Source: Candidatus Nealsonbacteria bacterium (GTDB lineage Bacteria; Patescibacteriota; Minisyncoccia; Minisyncoccales; PWPS01). Taken from it: 64,000 nt of DNA. How positions within the stretch are numbered: the first letter of the stretch is position 1; each line of letters begins with the position of its first letter. The notes under the pieces are model-generated. The model was given only the letters and a program-made list of their open reading frames with translations, had not been told where the DNA came from and ran no database searches. The stretch lies in NCBI GenBank assembly GCA_003555075.1, contig PWHW01000002.1:96210-160209 (forward strand), in the 5' to 3' direction. The position numbers and the translations under genes are program-made. Of the stretch, positions 11,248 to 21,095 are shown piece by piece.

Positions 11248-12024
11248 ATGAAAAAAAAGAATTACATAATCATTGTTATTGTTTTACTTGTGATCTTTGG
11301 AGGAGTCATTTTTTTCTTGCAAAGAGATAGTGGGGATAGAGCTGTTGCGGCACCTTCGGACATAACAACAAAGGAAGATTGTGTGGAAGACGGATTTTAT
11401 TGGTATGGCGAGGCTTGTCATGCAACTCCCCAAGAGGAGGGCGATTGGTCTTGCGGAAAAAGATTCAAAGATGAGAGGGACGGAAGCACTTATTCCACCA
11501 TTGAGATAGGAGATCAATGCTGGATGGCGGAGAATATCAATTATAAGGACCATGATAAGGGAGAGAGTTGGTGCTATGAGGACGAAGAAGAAATGTGTGA
11601 AAAATATGGGAGACTGTATGATTGGGATGCGGCAATGAGCGTGTGTCCTCCGGGATGGAAATTACCATCCGATGATGATTGGAAAAAATTAGAGGGATAT
11701 GTTGATTCTACTTATGATTACGAAAATGAAGAATGGGATCAGAGGGGTTATAGGGGAGATGATGCGGGAGATCTTATAAAAGATCCGGATCATGAATGGT
11801 GTGATTCTGATTCGTGCGGAGGATTCGGTTTTAATGCCTTTCCTGCCGGGGATCGTATGATTGACGGAGAATTTAGGGATTTAGGTGATTTCAGTTCTTG
11901 GTGGACTTCCGATGAAGACAGGTTGGATGCCTGGAATCGGGTCATAGACCGTGATCATCCCTCTGTCAATCGCCATTCTATTAGCAAAGAATTCGGTATA
12001 TCAGTGAGATGTGTTGTGGAATAA
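11248..12024 (+). CDS. FISUMP (Fibrobacter succinogenes major paralogous) domain protein
   Basis: DERDG..Y.TIEIGDQCWMAEN, YGRLYDW, CPPGWKLPS, ISVRCV. Confidence 0.88.
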   Translation: MKKKNYIIIVIVLLVIFGGVIFFLQRDSGDRAVAAPSDITTKEDCVEDGFYWYGEACHATPQEEGDWSCGKRFKDERDGSTYSTIEIGDQCWMAENINYKDHDKGESWCYEDEEEMCEKYGRLYDWDAAMSVCPPGWKLPSDDDWKKLEGYVDSTYDYENEEWDQRGYRGDDAGDLIKDPDHEWCDSDSCGGFGFNAFPAGDRMIDGEFRDLGDFSSWWTSDEDRLDAWNRVIDRDHPSVNRHSISKEFGISVRCVVE

Positions 12025-12101
12025 AAGGAAAAAAAGAAAATGTTCTTAAACAAAATCAAAAGTTCTTTAAAGTAAAATAATTGGAAAGGAGTGAGTAAGA
12101 G

Positions 12102-12377
12102 CTGATCAAAAAAAGAGCGAAGAGCGTTATTTTTTTAAAAGACAAGGAGCTTGAAGAGATTGATGATAAAAAAATTTTTATCTTTGCCGGGAAAGGTTTT
12201 GTCTTTATCCTATCGGAGGGAGAAATAAAAAAAATAGAAAGAAAGATAAATATAGATCTTACCGGGAAAGAAAGAAGAAAAGCACTTAGAATGTTTTTTA
12301 GCAGAGCAGGGGAGTCTTCTGTAAAGAAAAATAAGATAAGAATTCCTTCCAATATTTTAAGAAAAGCCCTTTTATAG
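12102..12377 (+). CDS. MraZ-like small protein with CTG start (absent from ORF track)
   Basis: Open 91-codon frame after AAGGAG SD; contains RKALRMFFSRAGESSV..KIRIPSNILRKALL. Confidence 0.6.
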   Translation: MIKKRAKSVIFLKDKELEEIDDKKIFIFAGKGFVFILSEGEIKKIERKINIDLTGKERRKALRMFFSRAGESSVKKNKIRIPSNILRKALL

Positions 12378-12465
12378 GGCTTTTTTGATTAAGGGCTTGA
12401 CAGATTATAATTATGGGTATATATTTATAACAGAAAGGTCGTTTTATAAATCAAAAAATTTTACT

Positions 12466-12702
12466 ATGCCTAAATTTGATGGAACAGGCCCTTTAGGATA
12501 TGGCCCCATGACAGGAAGAGGAATGGGTCCTTGCCGCTTCGGAACCGGAGGAGGATTTGGATGGGGATATGGTAGAGGATTTGAAAGAAGGTTCTTTACA
12601 AGAAAAGAAGAAAAGGAAGAATTGGAAGAAGAAATGAAAGATCTGGAAAAAGAACTTGAAGCAGTAAAAGAAAGACTGCAAGAACTTGAGGGTCAAAAAT
12701 AA
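12466..12702 (+). CDS. DUF5320-family small protein
   Basis: MPKFDGTGPLGYGPMTGRGMGPC, Gly-rich segment, C-terminal coiled coil. Confidence 0.85.
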   Translation: MPKFDGTGPLGYGPMTGRGMGPCRFGTGGGFGWGYGRGFERRFFTRKEEKEELEEEMKDLEKELEAVKERLQELEGQK

Positions 12703-12785
12703 AAGAAGGCCGGAGAGACCGCTCCGCATGATGCGGGGCGGTGCGACCTTCTTTATAAATTAAGAATTATCATAAAAAAAGGATT

Positions 12786-13061
12786 ATGCCAAGACCCAGA
12801 GGGTGCCGAAGAATTAATTTTGATCCAAGAGTATATTATTTCAAACCGCAAGGAATTCCCTTGAGAAGGTTAAAAGAGATACTTTTGAGAGCGGAGGAAG
12901 TGGAGGCCTTGAGATTAAAGAATGTTAAGGGGTTGGACCAGGTTGAGTGTGCAAAAAGGATGGATACTTCTCAGAGCACTTTTCAGAGAATTCTTAAGTC
13001 TGCGCATGAGAAGGTTTCCAGAGCTATTATTGAGGGCAAAGCAATAAAAATAACAAGATAA
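12786..13061 (+). CDS. DUF134 (UPF0251) HTH protein
   Basis: MPRP, YFKPQG, EALRL, SQSTFQRIL.SAH.KV; typical neighbour of DUF5320. Confidence 0.88.
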   Translation: MPRPRGCRRINFDPRVYYFKPQGIPLRRLKEILLRAEEVEALRLKNVKGLDQVECAKRMDTSQSTFQRILKSAHEKVSRAIIEGKAIKITR

Positions 13062-13097
13062 GCATCAAAGAGGGGTGAGGGGTGAGGGGTGAGATGA

Positions 13098-14609
13098 TCA
13101 TTCCCTCATCTCTTTTTGTATTGCTGATTTTATGTGTTTTTTTGCAGTAGTGGTCTTAGCGTATTCAAGCCACTTCTTTTTGGGACGACTGTTTTTGTTT
13201 GTGATTATCTCAACAATATCTCCATTCTCTAACTGAGTGTCCAGGGAAACGAGCTTTCCGTTCACTTTGGCACCGCTTGTTCCGTTTCCCACTTCCGAAT
13301 GAATGCTGTAAGCAAAATCTATTGTAGTGGATCCAATAGGAAGATCGATGACATCTCCTTTTGGCGTGAAAACAAATATTCTTTGCTGAAAGAAGTCGTC
13401 ATTCAATTCTTCTTCAAAATTTTCCCTACTTTCTTCACTGGATTGATACTCGACCAATTCTTTTATCCATTTTGGTACATCTTCGTAAGTGACCTGACTC
13501 TCATGTTTATTCTCTTCTGTAGAACTGAAGGGAAGCAGTCTTTTTATCCAATTAAAACTATTCCCGGATCCATTTTTCTTTCCTTCTTTATAAGATACGT
13601 GTGATGCGATTCCATATTCTGCCTCTTGGTGCATTTTCCTTGTTTTTATTTGTATTTCTACAACATTTCCGTATCCCGTGAATATGGTGGTGTGAAGTGC
13701 TTGATAGCCGTTCGGTTTTGGAAATGCGATATAGTCTTTTATTCTTCCGGGAAGAGGTCTCCAGGTTCCGTGCACTATTCCGAGTACCTTATAACACTCA
13801 TCCACATTTGTTAGCATGATCCTTAGTGCGGAGATATCATAAACCTTTTCTATATTCCAATCCTTTCTCAGGAGTTTATTGTAGAGACTGTAGAGAGTCT
13901 TCATTCTGTAATCAAGCGTGAAATTTGTTATGCCATGCTTTGCAAGAGTTTTCCTTACCGATTTCTGAAATTTTTCCAATTTCTTATCGTCTTCTTTCCT
14001 TTTTTCTTTTAAAAGATTTTTCGTTTCTTCATACTCTTTCGGGTAAACATAAAAGAATGATACGTCTTCCAGGTCCCTACTTAACTTACGTATTCCCAGC
14101 CTGTAGGCTATGGGAACGTATATTTTCAGGGTTTCTTTTGCTATGCGATAGCGCTTGTGCTCCGGGACATGATCAAGAGTTCTCATGTTATGAAGCCTGT
14201 CTGCCAGCTTTATGATAATTACTCTGATATCCTGCGATACGGCCACAAAAAGCTTTCTAAGGCTTTCGTTATGTCTTTCAGCACCTCGGTACTTTACTTT
14301 TCCGAGTTTTGTAACCCCCCTTACAAGAAAGAGTATTTCTTCTCCGAAATTTTCTTTTATCTTTTCCTCACTGACATTTCCATCTTCCAATGTATCATGC
14401 AAAAGTCCCGCGGATATTACTATCGGACTCATTTTTAGGTCTGCCAATATTTTTGCTGTTTCATAAGGATGCACAAAATATGGTTCCCCTGAAAATCTTT
14501 TTTGTTCTTTGTGTGCTTCTTTTGCAAAAGTAAATGCTTTGGAGATCAACTCCGTTTCCTCTTTTGAAATGGGGTCTGCTAGACTAAGTATTTCCTTGAT
14601 ATTATCCAT
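13098..14609 (-). CDS. rel: RelA/SpoT family (p)ppGpp synthetase/hydrolase (HD + SYN + TGS, no ACT)
   Basis: LLHDTLED, KLADRLHNMRTL, KPNGYQALHT, FVFTPKG TGS domain. Confidence 0.93.
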   Translation of the reverse strand: MDNIKEILSLADPISKEETELISKAFTFAKEAHKEQKRFSGEPYFVHPYETAKILADLKMSPIVISAGLLHDTLEDGNVSEEKIKENFGEEILFLVRGVTKLGKVKYRGAERHNESLRKLFVAVSQDIRVIIIKLADRLHNMRTLDHVPEHKRYRIAKETLKIYVPIAYRLGIRKLSRDLEDVSFFYVYPKEYEETKNLLKEKRKEDDKKLEKFQKSVRKTLAKHGITNFTLDYRMKTLYSLYNKLLRKDWNIEKVYDISALRIMLTNVDECYKVLGIVHGTWRPLPGRIKDYIAFPKPNGYQALHTTIFTGYGNVVEIQIKTRKMHQEAEYGIASHVSYKEGKKNGSGNSFNWIKRLLPFSSTEENKHESQVTYEDVPKWIKELVEYQSSEESRENFEEELNDDFFQQRIFVFTPKGDVIDLPIGSTTIDFAYSIHSEVGNGTSGAKVNGKLVSLDTQLENGDIVEIITNKNSRPKKKWLEYAKTTTAKKHIKSAIQKEMRE

Positions 14610-14733
14610 ATGCATAAGTCTAATATACGGAAGAAAAACTAACAACCTTGAAAATGGTTTATAAAAATAGCAAATTCGGTTATAATAAACCGGATACGAT
14701 AAGGTGTTTTGCAATTTATTAGCTACTAAAAAA

Positions 14734-15243
14734 ATGACAAAGGAAGAAGCGGTAAAGTATTACAACCCTGTTTTGCGCAGAAAAGCGCAAAGTGTTGCAT
14801 TGGATGAAGAGTCAAAAAAAACAATAGAACGGATGAAGAAAGTTCTTAAAGAGGAAGATGGGGTGGGCCTTGCAGCTCCTCAAATAGGGGAGTCAAAAAA
14901 GATCATTGTCATTAATGCGGAAGATGGTATGTTTGCTCTTTTAAACCCCGAGATAAAAGAGAAGAGTAAAGAAAGTTTTACTACCAAGGAAGGATGCCTC
15001 AGTATTCCCGGTATTTGGCTTGATATTGCAAGATCCAAGAAGGTAAGAGTAAGAGCTTTAAACGAGGAAGGGAGAGAAATGGAAATAGAGGGTGAGGATA
15101 TTTTTGCAGTGGTCCTGCAACATGAAATAGATCATTTGCACGGCAAGCTTTTTATAGACAGGGCAGGCACTCTGGTAAAATGGAGATCTTTGGTCAAATA
15201 TTATTTTAAAAAATATTTTGGAAATAAGTGGGAAAGTATATGA
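14734..15243 (+). CDS. def: Peptide deformylase
   Basis: GVGLAAPQIG, EGCLS, QHEIDHL. Confidence 0.97.
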   Translation: MTKEEAVKYYNPVLRRKAQSVALDEESKKTIERMKKVLKEEDGVGLAAPQIGESKKIIVINAEDGMFALLNPEIKEKSKESFTTKEGCLSIPGIWLDIARSKKVRVRALNEEGREMEIEGEDIFAVVLQHEIDHLHGKLFIDRAGTLVKWRSLVKYYFKKYFGNKWESI

Positions 15244-15872
15244 CGGAAATTGCTCACAAATTGAAAGAAAAAGGTTTTTGCAAAAGAAATGATATTTATA
15301 ATGCCTTTTTAAGGATAGACCGCAAAGATTTTGTTCCTCGGGAGGCCGAGATCTACTGCTATGAGGATGTGCCTCTTTCTATTGGATACGGACAGACCAT
15401 CTCTCAACCGTCAGTAGTCGCTTTTATGATTGACAAGCTATCCCCTAAAAAAGGAGATGTTGTTCTGGATATTGGGTGTGGTTCGGGATGGACTACGGCA
15501 CTTCTTGCAGACATCGTTGGAGAGAACGGAAAGGTTATTGGGATAGAAAGAGATCTTCATTTGAAGAAGTTTGGAGAAACGAATATCAGGAAATACAATT
15601 TTATAGAGAAGGGGAGAGTTGAGATTTTGCACGGAGATGGATACAAAGGGCTTCCGGAAAAGGCACCTTATAATGGAATATTGGTCTCTGCTGCTCTTTC
15701 GAGTAAAAAATTTATGCCCTCTTCTTGGAAAGATCAATTAAAAGAAGAAGGAACAATAGTGGTTCCCATAGAGAATTCCATTTATAGATTCTTCAAAAAA
15801 GAAGGAGAACTACTGGAGGAAGAGTTTTTTGGTTTTCGATTTGTTCCTCTTGTAAAAGATAATGATGAATAG
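15240..15872 (+). CDS. pcm: Protein-L-isoaspartate O-methyltransferase
   Basis: IGYGQTISQP, LDIGCGSGW, FRFVPL. Confidence 0.93.
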   Translation: MTEIAHKLKEKGFCKRNDIYNAFLRIDRKDFVPREAEIYCYEDVPLSIGYGQTISQPSVVAFMIDKLSPKKGDVVLDIGCGSGWTTALLADIVGENGKVIGIERDLHLKKFGETNIRKYNFIEKGRVEILHGDGYKGLPEKAPYNGILVSAALSSKKFMPSSWKDQLKEEGTIVVPIENSIYRFFKKEGELLEEEFFGFRFVPLVKDNDE

Positions 15873-16917
15873 AAAAATATTTACGGGAATTATACTTATC
15901 TTGTTACTTGTTTTAATCACTGCCGGTGGTTTGCTTTTTATTGAGATCACTACTCCAAAATGGAGCCTCGAGGAAAAAGAAACCATTTTTAAAGTGGAGA
16001 GAGGGAAGAGTTTTCCCGAGGTTGCCGAGAAACTAAAGAATGAGGGAATAATAGGGAGCGATCTTGCATTCAATGTTTATGTGATTTTTTCAGGGAAAAG
16101 AGGAACATTCAAGGCAGGAGATTATAAACTTGGTGATGATATGAGCATAATTGATATTGCGGAGAAATTTTCAGAAGGCGATGTTTTTTTTGAGAGCATT
16201 ACCATACCGGAAGGGTGGTCCATAAGAGATATTTCTCGTCTTGTTGAGAGAGAAAATTTTTATAAAAAGGAGAGTTTTTTGGATGTGGCGGGAATTTCTT
16301 TTCCGCAAGCGGAGCTCGAAGGGGTCCATGAAAGAGAAGGAAAACATTTCGAGGAATTTGAAATATTAAGGGACAGGCCGAAAGGATCCTCGCTTGAAGG
16401 GTATCTTTTTCCTGACACTTATAGGATTGAGAATGGTGATCCGGAAAAGCTTGTAAAAAGGATGATTGCTAACCTGGAAAGAAGGTTTTCCGATGATTTT
16501 TTTGAGGCAGCAAAAGAAAAGGAGAGAAGTGTTCATGAAATTATTATCATGGCTTCCCTTATCGAGAAAGAGGTAATTGACTTTGAAGAGAAAAGAAAGG
16601 TGTCGGATGTTCTATGGAGAAGGATTGAGGTCGGGAAACCTTTGCAGGTTGATGCTACCGTCAACTACGTTACGGGGAGGAGAGATGTCGGTGTTACAAT
16701 AGAAGAAACCAGGGTTGATTCTCCATATAATACCTATAAATATAAAGGACTCCCCGAAGGACCAATATGCAATCCCGGTATTGAAAGTATAGAAGCGGCC
16801 CTTTATCCGTTCGAGAATGATTATTGGTATTATTTATCCAGGCAAGATACGGGAGAGACCATTTTTAGCCGAACTCACGATGAACATGTTAAAGCAAAGA
16901 ATAAATATTTAAGATAA
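15862..16917 (+). CDS. mltG: Endolytic transglycosylase MltG
   Basis: N-terminal TM, LEGYLFPDTY, ASLIEKE, SPYNTYKYKGLPEGPI. Confidence 0.95.
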   Translation: MMNRKIFTGIILILLLVLITAGGLLFIEITTPKWSLEEKETIFKVERGKSFPEVAEKLKNEGIIGSDLAFNVYVIFSGKRGTFKAGDYKLGDDMSIIDIAEKFSEGDVFFESITIPEGWSIRDISRLVERENFYKKESFLDVAGISFPQAELEGVHEREGKHFEEFEILRDRPKGSSLEGYLFPDTYRIENGDPEKLVKRMIANLERRFSDDFFEAAKEKERSVHEIIIMASLIEKEVIDFEEKRKVSDVLWRRIEVGKPLQVDATVNYVTGRRDVGVTIEETRVDSPYNTYKYKGLPEGPICNPGIESIEAALYPFENDYWYYLSRQDTGETIFSRTHDEHVKAKNKYLR

Positions 16918-16928
16918 TTTTTAATGAC

Positions 16929-17465
16929 ATGGGAAAGCTTATTACATTGATCATCGCTTCCAAAGATTTTAGAGATGAGGAATATTTCATACCCAAAGAG
17001 GTTTTTGAAAAAGAAGGGTTTAAGGTAGAGACAGTTAGCGATAAAAGGGGGGTGAGCATTGGAGTGTATGGGGGAGAGGCAAAGGCGGAACTCAGCCTGA
17101 AGGAGGTTGAAGCTGAGAGAAGCGGCGCGATAGTTTTCGTCGGGGGGCCGGGGGCGTTAAAATTTCTGGATAATGAACATTCTTATAAGATAGTAAATAA
17201 GGCAAAAGATGAAGGAAAAGTACTGGGGGGTATATGCGTTTCCCCTGTAATATTGGCAAATTCCGGAGCTATCGAAGGAAAAGAAGCTACTGTTTATTCT
17301 TCCAGCATGGAAAAAACTCCCGTTAAAACACTAAAAGAAAAAGGAGTTTTTTATAAAGAGAAAGAGTTGGTAGTTGACAATAAGGTTGTTACTGCAAACG
17401 GTCCTGAAGCAGCAGAGGAATTTGCAAGGGCTATAATAAAGTTAATGAAAGACTCGGGCAGTTGA
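16929..17465 (+). CDS. DJ-1/PfpI family protein
   Basis: FRDEE, FVGGPG, GICVSP, VTANGP. Confidence 0.9.
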   Translation: MGKLITLIIASKDFRDEEYFIPKEVFEKEGFKVETVSDKRGVSIGVYGGEAKAELSLKEVEAERSGAIVFVGGPGALKFLDNEHSYKIVNKAKDEGKVLGGICVSPVILANSGAIEGKEATVYSSSMEKTPVKTLKEKGVFYKEKELVVDNKVVTANGPEAAEEFARAIIKLMKDSGS

Positions 17466-17515
17466 CAAAAAGATAAAGAAAGTTATAATTGCACTACCAT
17501 ACGATCAAATAGAAA

Positions 17516-17620
17516 TCCGTAGACAGCAGGGACGTAAAGTTTAAAGATCCTGCCGAGGAGATCATCTCTAGCTTTTAGATTTGTTTCCAGCTGTCTGCGT
17601 AAAATTAACGCAGTTTTTTA
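17516..17620 (+). promoter_or_regulatory. Ribosomal protein L10 leader
   Basis: CCGTAGACAGCAGG...TTAAAG..CCTGCCGAGG directly upstream of rplJ; TTGACA/TATAAT promoter before it. Confidence 0.8.
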
Positions 17621-17622
17621 TT

Positions 17623-18138
17623 ATGGGCACTGTCACCAAAGAAAAGAAAAAAGAAATAATAGAGGATATCCGGAGAATGGCTGCGGATAATGATGGGATA
17701 TTCTTTATAAATTTCAAGGGAGTGAAGGGAGAAGAGATGAGATCCCTCAGGGGTGATATTAAAAAGGGGGAGGCAAGAATAATTGTAGCAAGAAAGACTC
17801 TTGCGAAAATAGCCTTTGAAAAAGAGGGGGTGGAATTTGACCCACTCTCACTTGAAGGAGAAGCAGGGTTTGTGTTTGGAATTCAAGATGGTATTGAGAC
17901 TGCAAAGATTCTTCGCAAGTTCGATAAAGAAGAAACGATCACCATTCTTGGTGGAGTTTATGATGGTAAAGTATTAAGTGCTGAAGAAGTAAGAAGTGTT
18001 GCTGAACTTCCTACGAGGGAAGAACTTCTCTCAAAGTTTTTGGGAACTTTATCTGCTCCCATGGGAGGGTTTGTCAATGCTCTTCAAGGCAATATAAAAG
18101 GTCTTGTAAGTGTTTTGGATCAAAAAGCAAAAGCATAA
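17623..18138 (+). CDS. rplJ: 50S ribosomal protein L10
   Basis: VARKTLAKIA, ELPTREELL; precedes rplL. Confidence 0.95.
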   Translation: MGTVTKEKKKEIIEDIRRMAADNDGIFFINFKGVKGEEMRSLRGDIKKGEARIIVARKTLAKIAFEKEGVEFDPLSLEGEAGFVFGIQDGIETAKILRKFDKEETITILGGVYDGKVLSAEEVRSVAELPTREELLSKFLGTLSAPMGGFVNALQGNIKGLVSVLDQKAKA

Positions 18139-18170
18139 AAGTATAATAAAAATTAATAAAAAGATAATAT

Positions 18171-18680
18171 ATGGCTGAAGAAAAAAAACAACAAACAAAG
18201 AAGGAAGCCGAAGCAAAAGAAGAGCAAAAGAATGATTCAGCTCAAGAAGAAAATAAAGGTGCTTCAGAGGAAAAAACAGAAGTTCCTGAAAAGTTCAAGG
18301 AATTAGTGGAGAAGATAGAGAATCTTTCCGTGTTAGAGCTTTCTGAGCTTGTAAAGATTCTGGAAGATAGGTTTGGTGTATCTGCTGCTGCTCCCGTTGC
18401 TGCTGCTCCTGCGGCAGGCGCTGCTCCCGCGGAAGGAGGAGAAGAGGGAGGAGAAGAGAAAAGTGAGTATAATGTTGAAATAAAGGATGCAGGAGAAAAG
18501 AAGATAGAAGTAATTAAGGCTGTAAGAACCATTACGGAAAAAGGACTCAAGGAAGCAAAGGAATTGGTTGATTCTGTGGCCAGCGAACCTCAAGTGATAA
18601 AAGAGGGAGTTCCCACTGAAGAGGCCAAAGAAGCCAAGAAGGCTCTTGAAGATGCCGGAGCGACAGTAGAGCTCAAGTAA
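18171..18680 (+). CDS. rplL: 50S ribosomal protein L7/L12 with charged N-terminal extension
   Basis: [41 protein letters not shown]. Confidence 0.97.
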   Translation: MAEEKKQQTKKEAEAKEEQKNDSAQEENKGASEEKTEVPEKFKELVEKIENLSVLELSELVKILEDRFGVSAAAPVAAAPAAGAAPAEGGEEGGEEKSEYNVEIKDAGEKKIEVIKAVRTITEKGLKEAKELVDSVASEPQVIKEGVPTEEAKEAKKALEDAGATVELK

Positions 18681-18689
18681 TTTATAGAG

Positions 18690-20507
18690 TTAGATCTCAA
18701 TCAAATATACCTCCTTTTGCGTAAGGAGGTATATTTTTTTACCTCCTCGAGAAACAGCTATATCCACTACATCATCTTTTTCATAGATAATCTGACTGAT
18801 CGTTTCTCCTTTTTTACCTATTAGTACTATTCTGTTTTCCTGAGGGTCATGAATCACCAAAGGGGTTTCCGAATCGGTGTATAATTTTCTTCCGTCCTTA
18901 AGGGGAGGAAATATCAAAGGATTGATAGTTTCCTTTTTTTCTCCTCTGTAATAATGATATATATCACTCTTGGAGGTCAGTGCAAATATTGATCCGTCTA
19001 TGGCAATAGATATCGCTTTTGACATTTTATCCTCACCTTTCTTTATCCATGGCTGAGGTCTTTCTTCGGGGTAGTGCATGATCTCTCCCTTAGTATTCAA
19101 GAAATAGGGGATTCCCATGAAAGAAGATAATGATATGAAATTGTTATGATCCTCGGGAAGAGTTATTATCCTTTCTGAGAAATGACCGTTCTCAAAGAAG
19201 ATGAGATGATCTGGAGAAGAAAAAAAGATGGCTCTTTCTCCGGAGAAAGAGGAAAGGTCTATTCCTTTCTCTATTGGTAAAGAATAAGATGTTATTTCCC
19301 CGTTTTCCGGCTCTAGAATGACTACTTTAGATTCTTGGGAAGAGTAGAGAAAAAGGTTTTCGCCTCCAGCCATTATTTTTTCAGGATTCATATCTTCGAT
19401 TTTTCCCAATAGTTGCACATCAGATCTTACTTCGGTTTCTGAGAGAAGAAGTAGCTCTTCCTCCATTTTATTAAGTAGGATCTCTGCTTCTTCTTTCAGA
19501 ATGGTTTTATTCTTGAACTCGTTAAGCTCTGAGAATAGTTCTTTAAGAGAAGCCATGTCTTCCTTTTCTTTCTTTTGCAGCATTTTTTCCTCCATGGAAA
19601 TTATTTTCTTTTGATCTTTGTCTGCCCTTACTTTTCTTTCGATACCGATTATCGTACTTCCCATTATTATGATAACTACCAATATTAGCGGAAGATAAAC
19701 AGACTTCTCTCTAAAAGGTATTCTTTTTATTCTATCGGGAAGTTTCATGTTTTTTATCCCGGAAAAATTCAATTTACTGAAAATGTTCTTTACATAAGAG
19801 ATGTTCTCTTTGGCCATTTTCTTGAAAGAGAATCTTTCTTTCGGTGCACCAGAAAAGAACTTTCTTTTACTGTCTTTTGGGGAGCCGGAAAAACTCATTA
19901 TCAGTGCCACTCCCGAGACATCTGGAAATTTTTCTTTTTGAAGAGAAGATATCCGCTCCATTGTATCATTTCCCAACAATCCCTTTTTTATCTCTTCAAG
20001 TATCTTTTCTTTATGAAAGAAATCATATATTTCGGGAGTTGCTATAACCAATTTCTCGTTCTTGGAGATCTTCCCGGAAATGAGGTTCTGAAAAGAATCG
20101 GAATGTGAATTATTTAGTTCTTTGCCAATATCTTCTATTTTGTTATTACTTAACAAAAGAATCTTCATTTCACCGATCCTTGAGAAATGTATATCAAAGC
20201 TCTTTGAGCAGAGAAGTGCTATGTTGCCCTTTTTTCCTTTTTTTGACTTTTTTATGAATTCGTTGACTTCCAACAAAGCTTTCTTTAAGGAGTGCTCCGG
20301 GCGAGAAGAGTTCTCATAATAGGAATCTTTTGCAATTTCGAATAATTCTTGCAGGAAAGGGGTTTCTTTTTCGTAAATCTCTCCGGCCATATAAAGTCTT
20401 CCTTTTTTGGCCCTATGAGGATCTTTTGGTTTATATTGAAAAGTTTTGCAAACTTTTCCTTTTTTTTCGGGATTGAATTGTAGCTCGTAGATCTTCATTG
20501 ATTTCAT
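18690..20507 (-). CDS. Single-pass membrane protein (N-terminal degenerate PP2C-like fold?, C-terminal beta-propeller-like domain)
   Basis: Long ORF, central TM helix; C-terminal SIAIDGSIFAL / HDPQENRIVLI repeats. Confidence 0.55.
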   Translation of the reverse strand: MKSMKIYELQFNPEKKGKVCKTFQYKPKDPHRAKKGRLYMAGEIYEKETPFLQELFEIAKDSYYENSSRPEHSLKKALLEVNEFIKKSKKGKKGNIALLCSKSFDIHFSRIGEMKILLLSNNKIEDIGKELNNSHSDSFQNLISGKISKNEKLVIATPEIYDFFHKEKILEEIKKGLLGNDTMERISSLQKEKFPDVSGVALIMSFSGSPKDSKRKFFSGAPKERFSFKKMAKENISYVKNIFSKLNFSGIKNMKLPDRIKRIPFREKSVYLPLILVVIIIMGSTIIGIERKVRADKDQKKIISMEEKMLQKKEKEDMASLKELFSELNEFKNKTILKEEAEILLNKMEEELLLLSETEVRSDVQLLGKIEDMNPEKIMAGGENLFLYSSQESKVVILEPENGEITSYSLPIEKGIDLSSFSGERAIFFSSPDHLIFFENGHFSERIITLPEDHNNFISLSSFMGIPYFLNTKGEIMHYPEERPQPWIKKGEDKMSKAISIAIDGSIFALTSKSDIYHYYRGEKKETINPLIFPPLKDGRKLYTDSETPLVIHDPQENRIVLIGKKGETISQIIYEKDDVVDIAVSRGGKKIYLLTQKEVYLIEI

Positions 20508-20573
20508 TATAATGTTTTTCAATAAATAGACAATTTTATTCTTCAAAGTTATAATGTCCTTGCAAGTAATTAT

Positions 20574-20647
20574 GGGCGCATAGCTCAGCTGGTTAGAGCG
20601 CTGTCTTCACATGGCAGAGGTCTCTGGTTCGAGTCCAGATGCGCCCA
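20574..20647 (+). tRNA. tRNA-Val(CAC)
   Basis: GGGCGCA/TGCGCCC acceptor, CTGTC-TTCACAT-GGCAG anticodon arm. Confidence 0.95.
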
Positions 20648-20700
20648 CTTTTGCTTCTATTAAAGACCTTTCTTTATTCATAAAAATAGTGAGTTTTATT

Positions 20701-20979
20701 ATGGATACCAAAAAGAGGGTTAACATTTTGATCTCTGGGAAGGTTCAGGGTGTGTTCTTCAGAGATAGCACTCGTAAGATCGCAATTTCCTTGGGAATTA
20801 CGGGTTATGCAAAAAATTTATCGGATGGGAGAGTAGAAGTAGTTGCCGAAGGAGGGGAGAATGAGCTAAAAAAGCTTGTTTCATGGGTAAAAAAAGGACC
20901 TCCTCTTTGCAGAGTGGATAATGTAACTTTAAAGAAGGAAAAGTATAAAGGGGATTTTGATGATTTTAATGTGATATAG
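20701..20979 (+). CDS. acyP: Acylphosphatase
   Basis: GKVQGVFFR, GYAKNLSDGRVE. Confidence 0.93.
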   Translation: MDTKKRVNILISGKVQGVFFRDSTRKIAISLGITGYAKNLSDGRVEVVAEGGENELKKLVSWVKKGPPLCRVDNVTLKKEKYKGDFDDFNVI

Positions 20980-20989
20980 AAGATGTTCC

Positions 20990-21048
20990 TTGACAAGAGG
21001 TAATGGTACGCTATAATGAAGCTAGCACTCTTTTGCTAAAAGTGCTAA
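20990..21048 (+). promoter_or_regulatory. Sigma70 promoter plus CIRCE (HrcA operator)
   Basis: TTGACA-16-TATAAT, then CTAGCACTC-N9-AAGTGCTAA (2 mismatches to CIRCE) before hsp20. Confidence 0.85.
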
Positions 21049-21095
21049 AAAGAAGAACTTTAAAAGGTCGGATATAAACCAAGTCAAAAAGGCTT

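Noticed and set aside
13071-13093. (AGGGGTG)x3 tandem repeat as a G-quadruplex
   Set aside because: Only three G tracts; no other evidence of function
18171-18280. N-terminal extension of L7/L12 (and C-terminal tail of L21)
   Set aside because: Low-complexity charged extensions of ribosomal proteins are common
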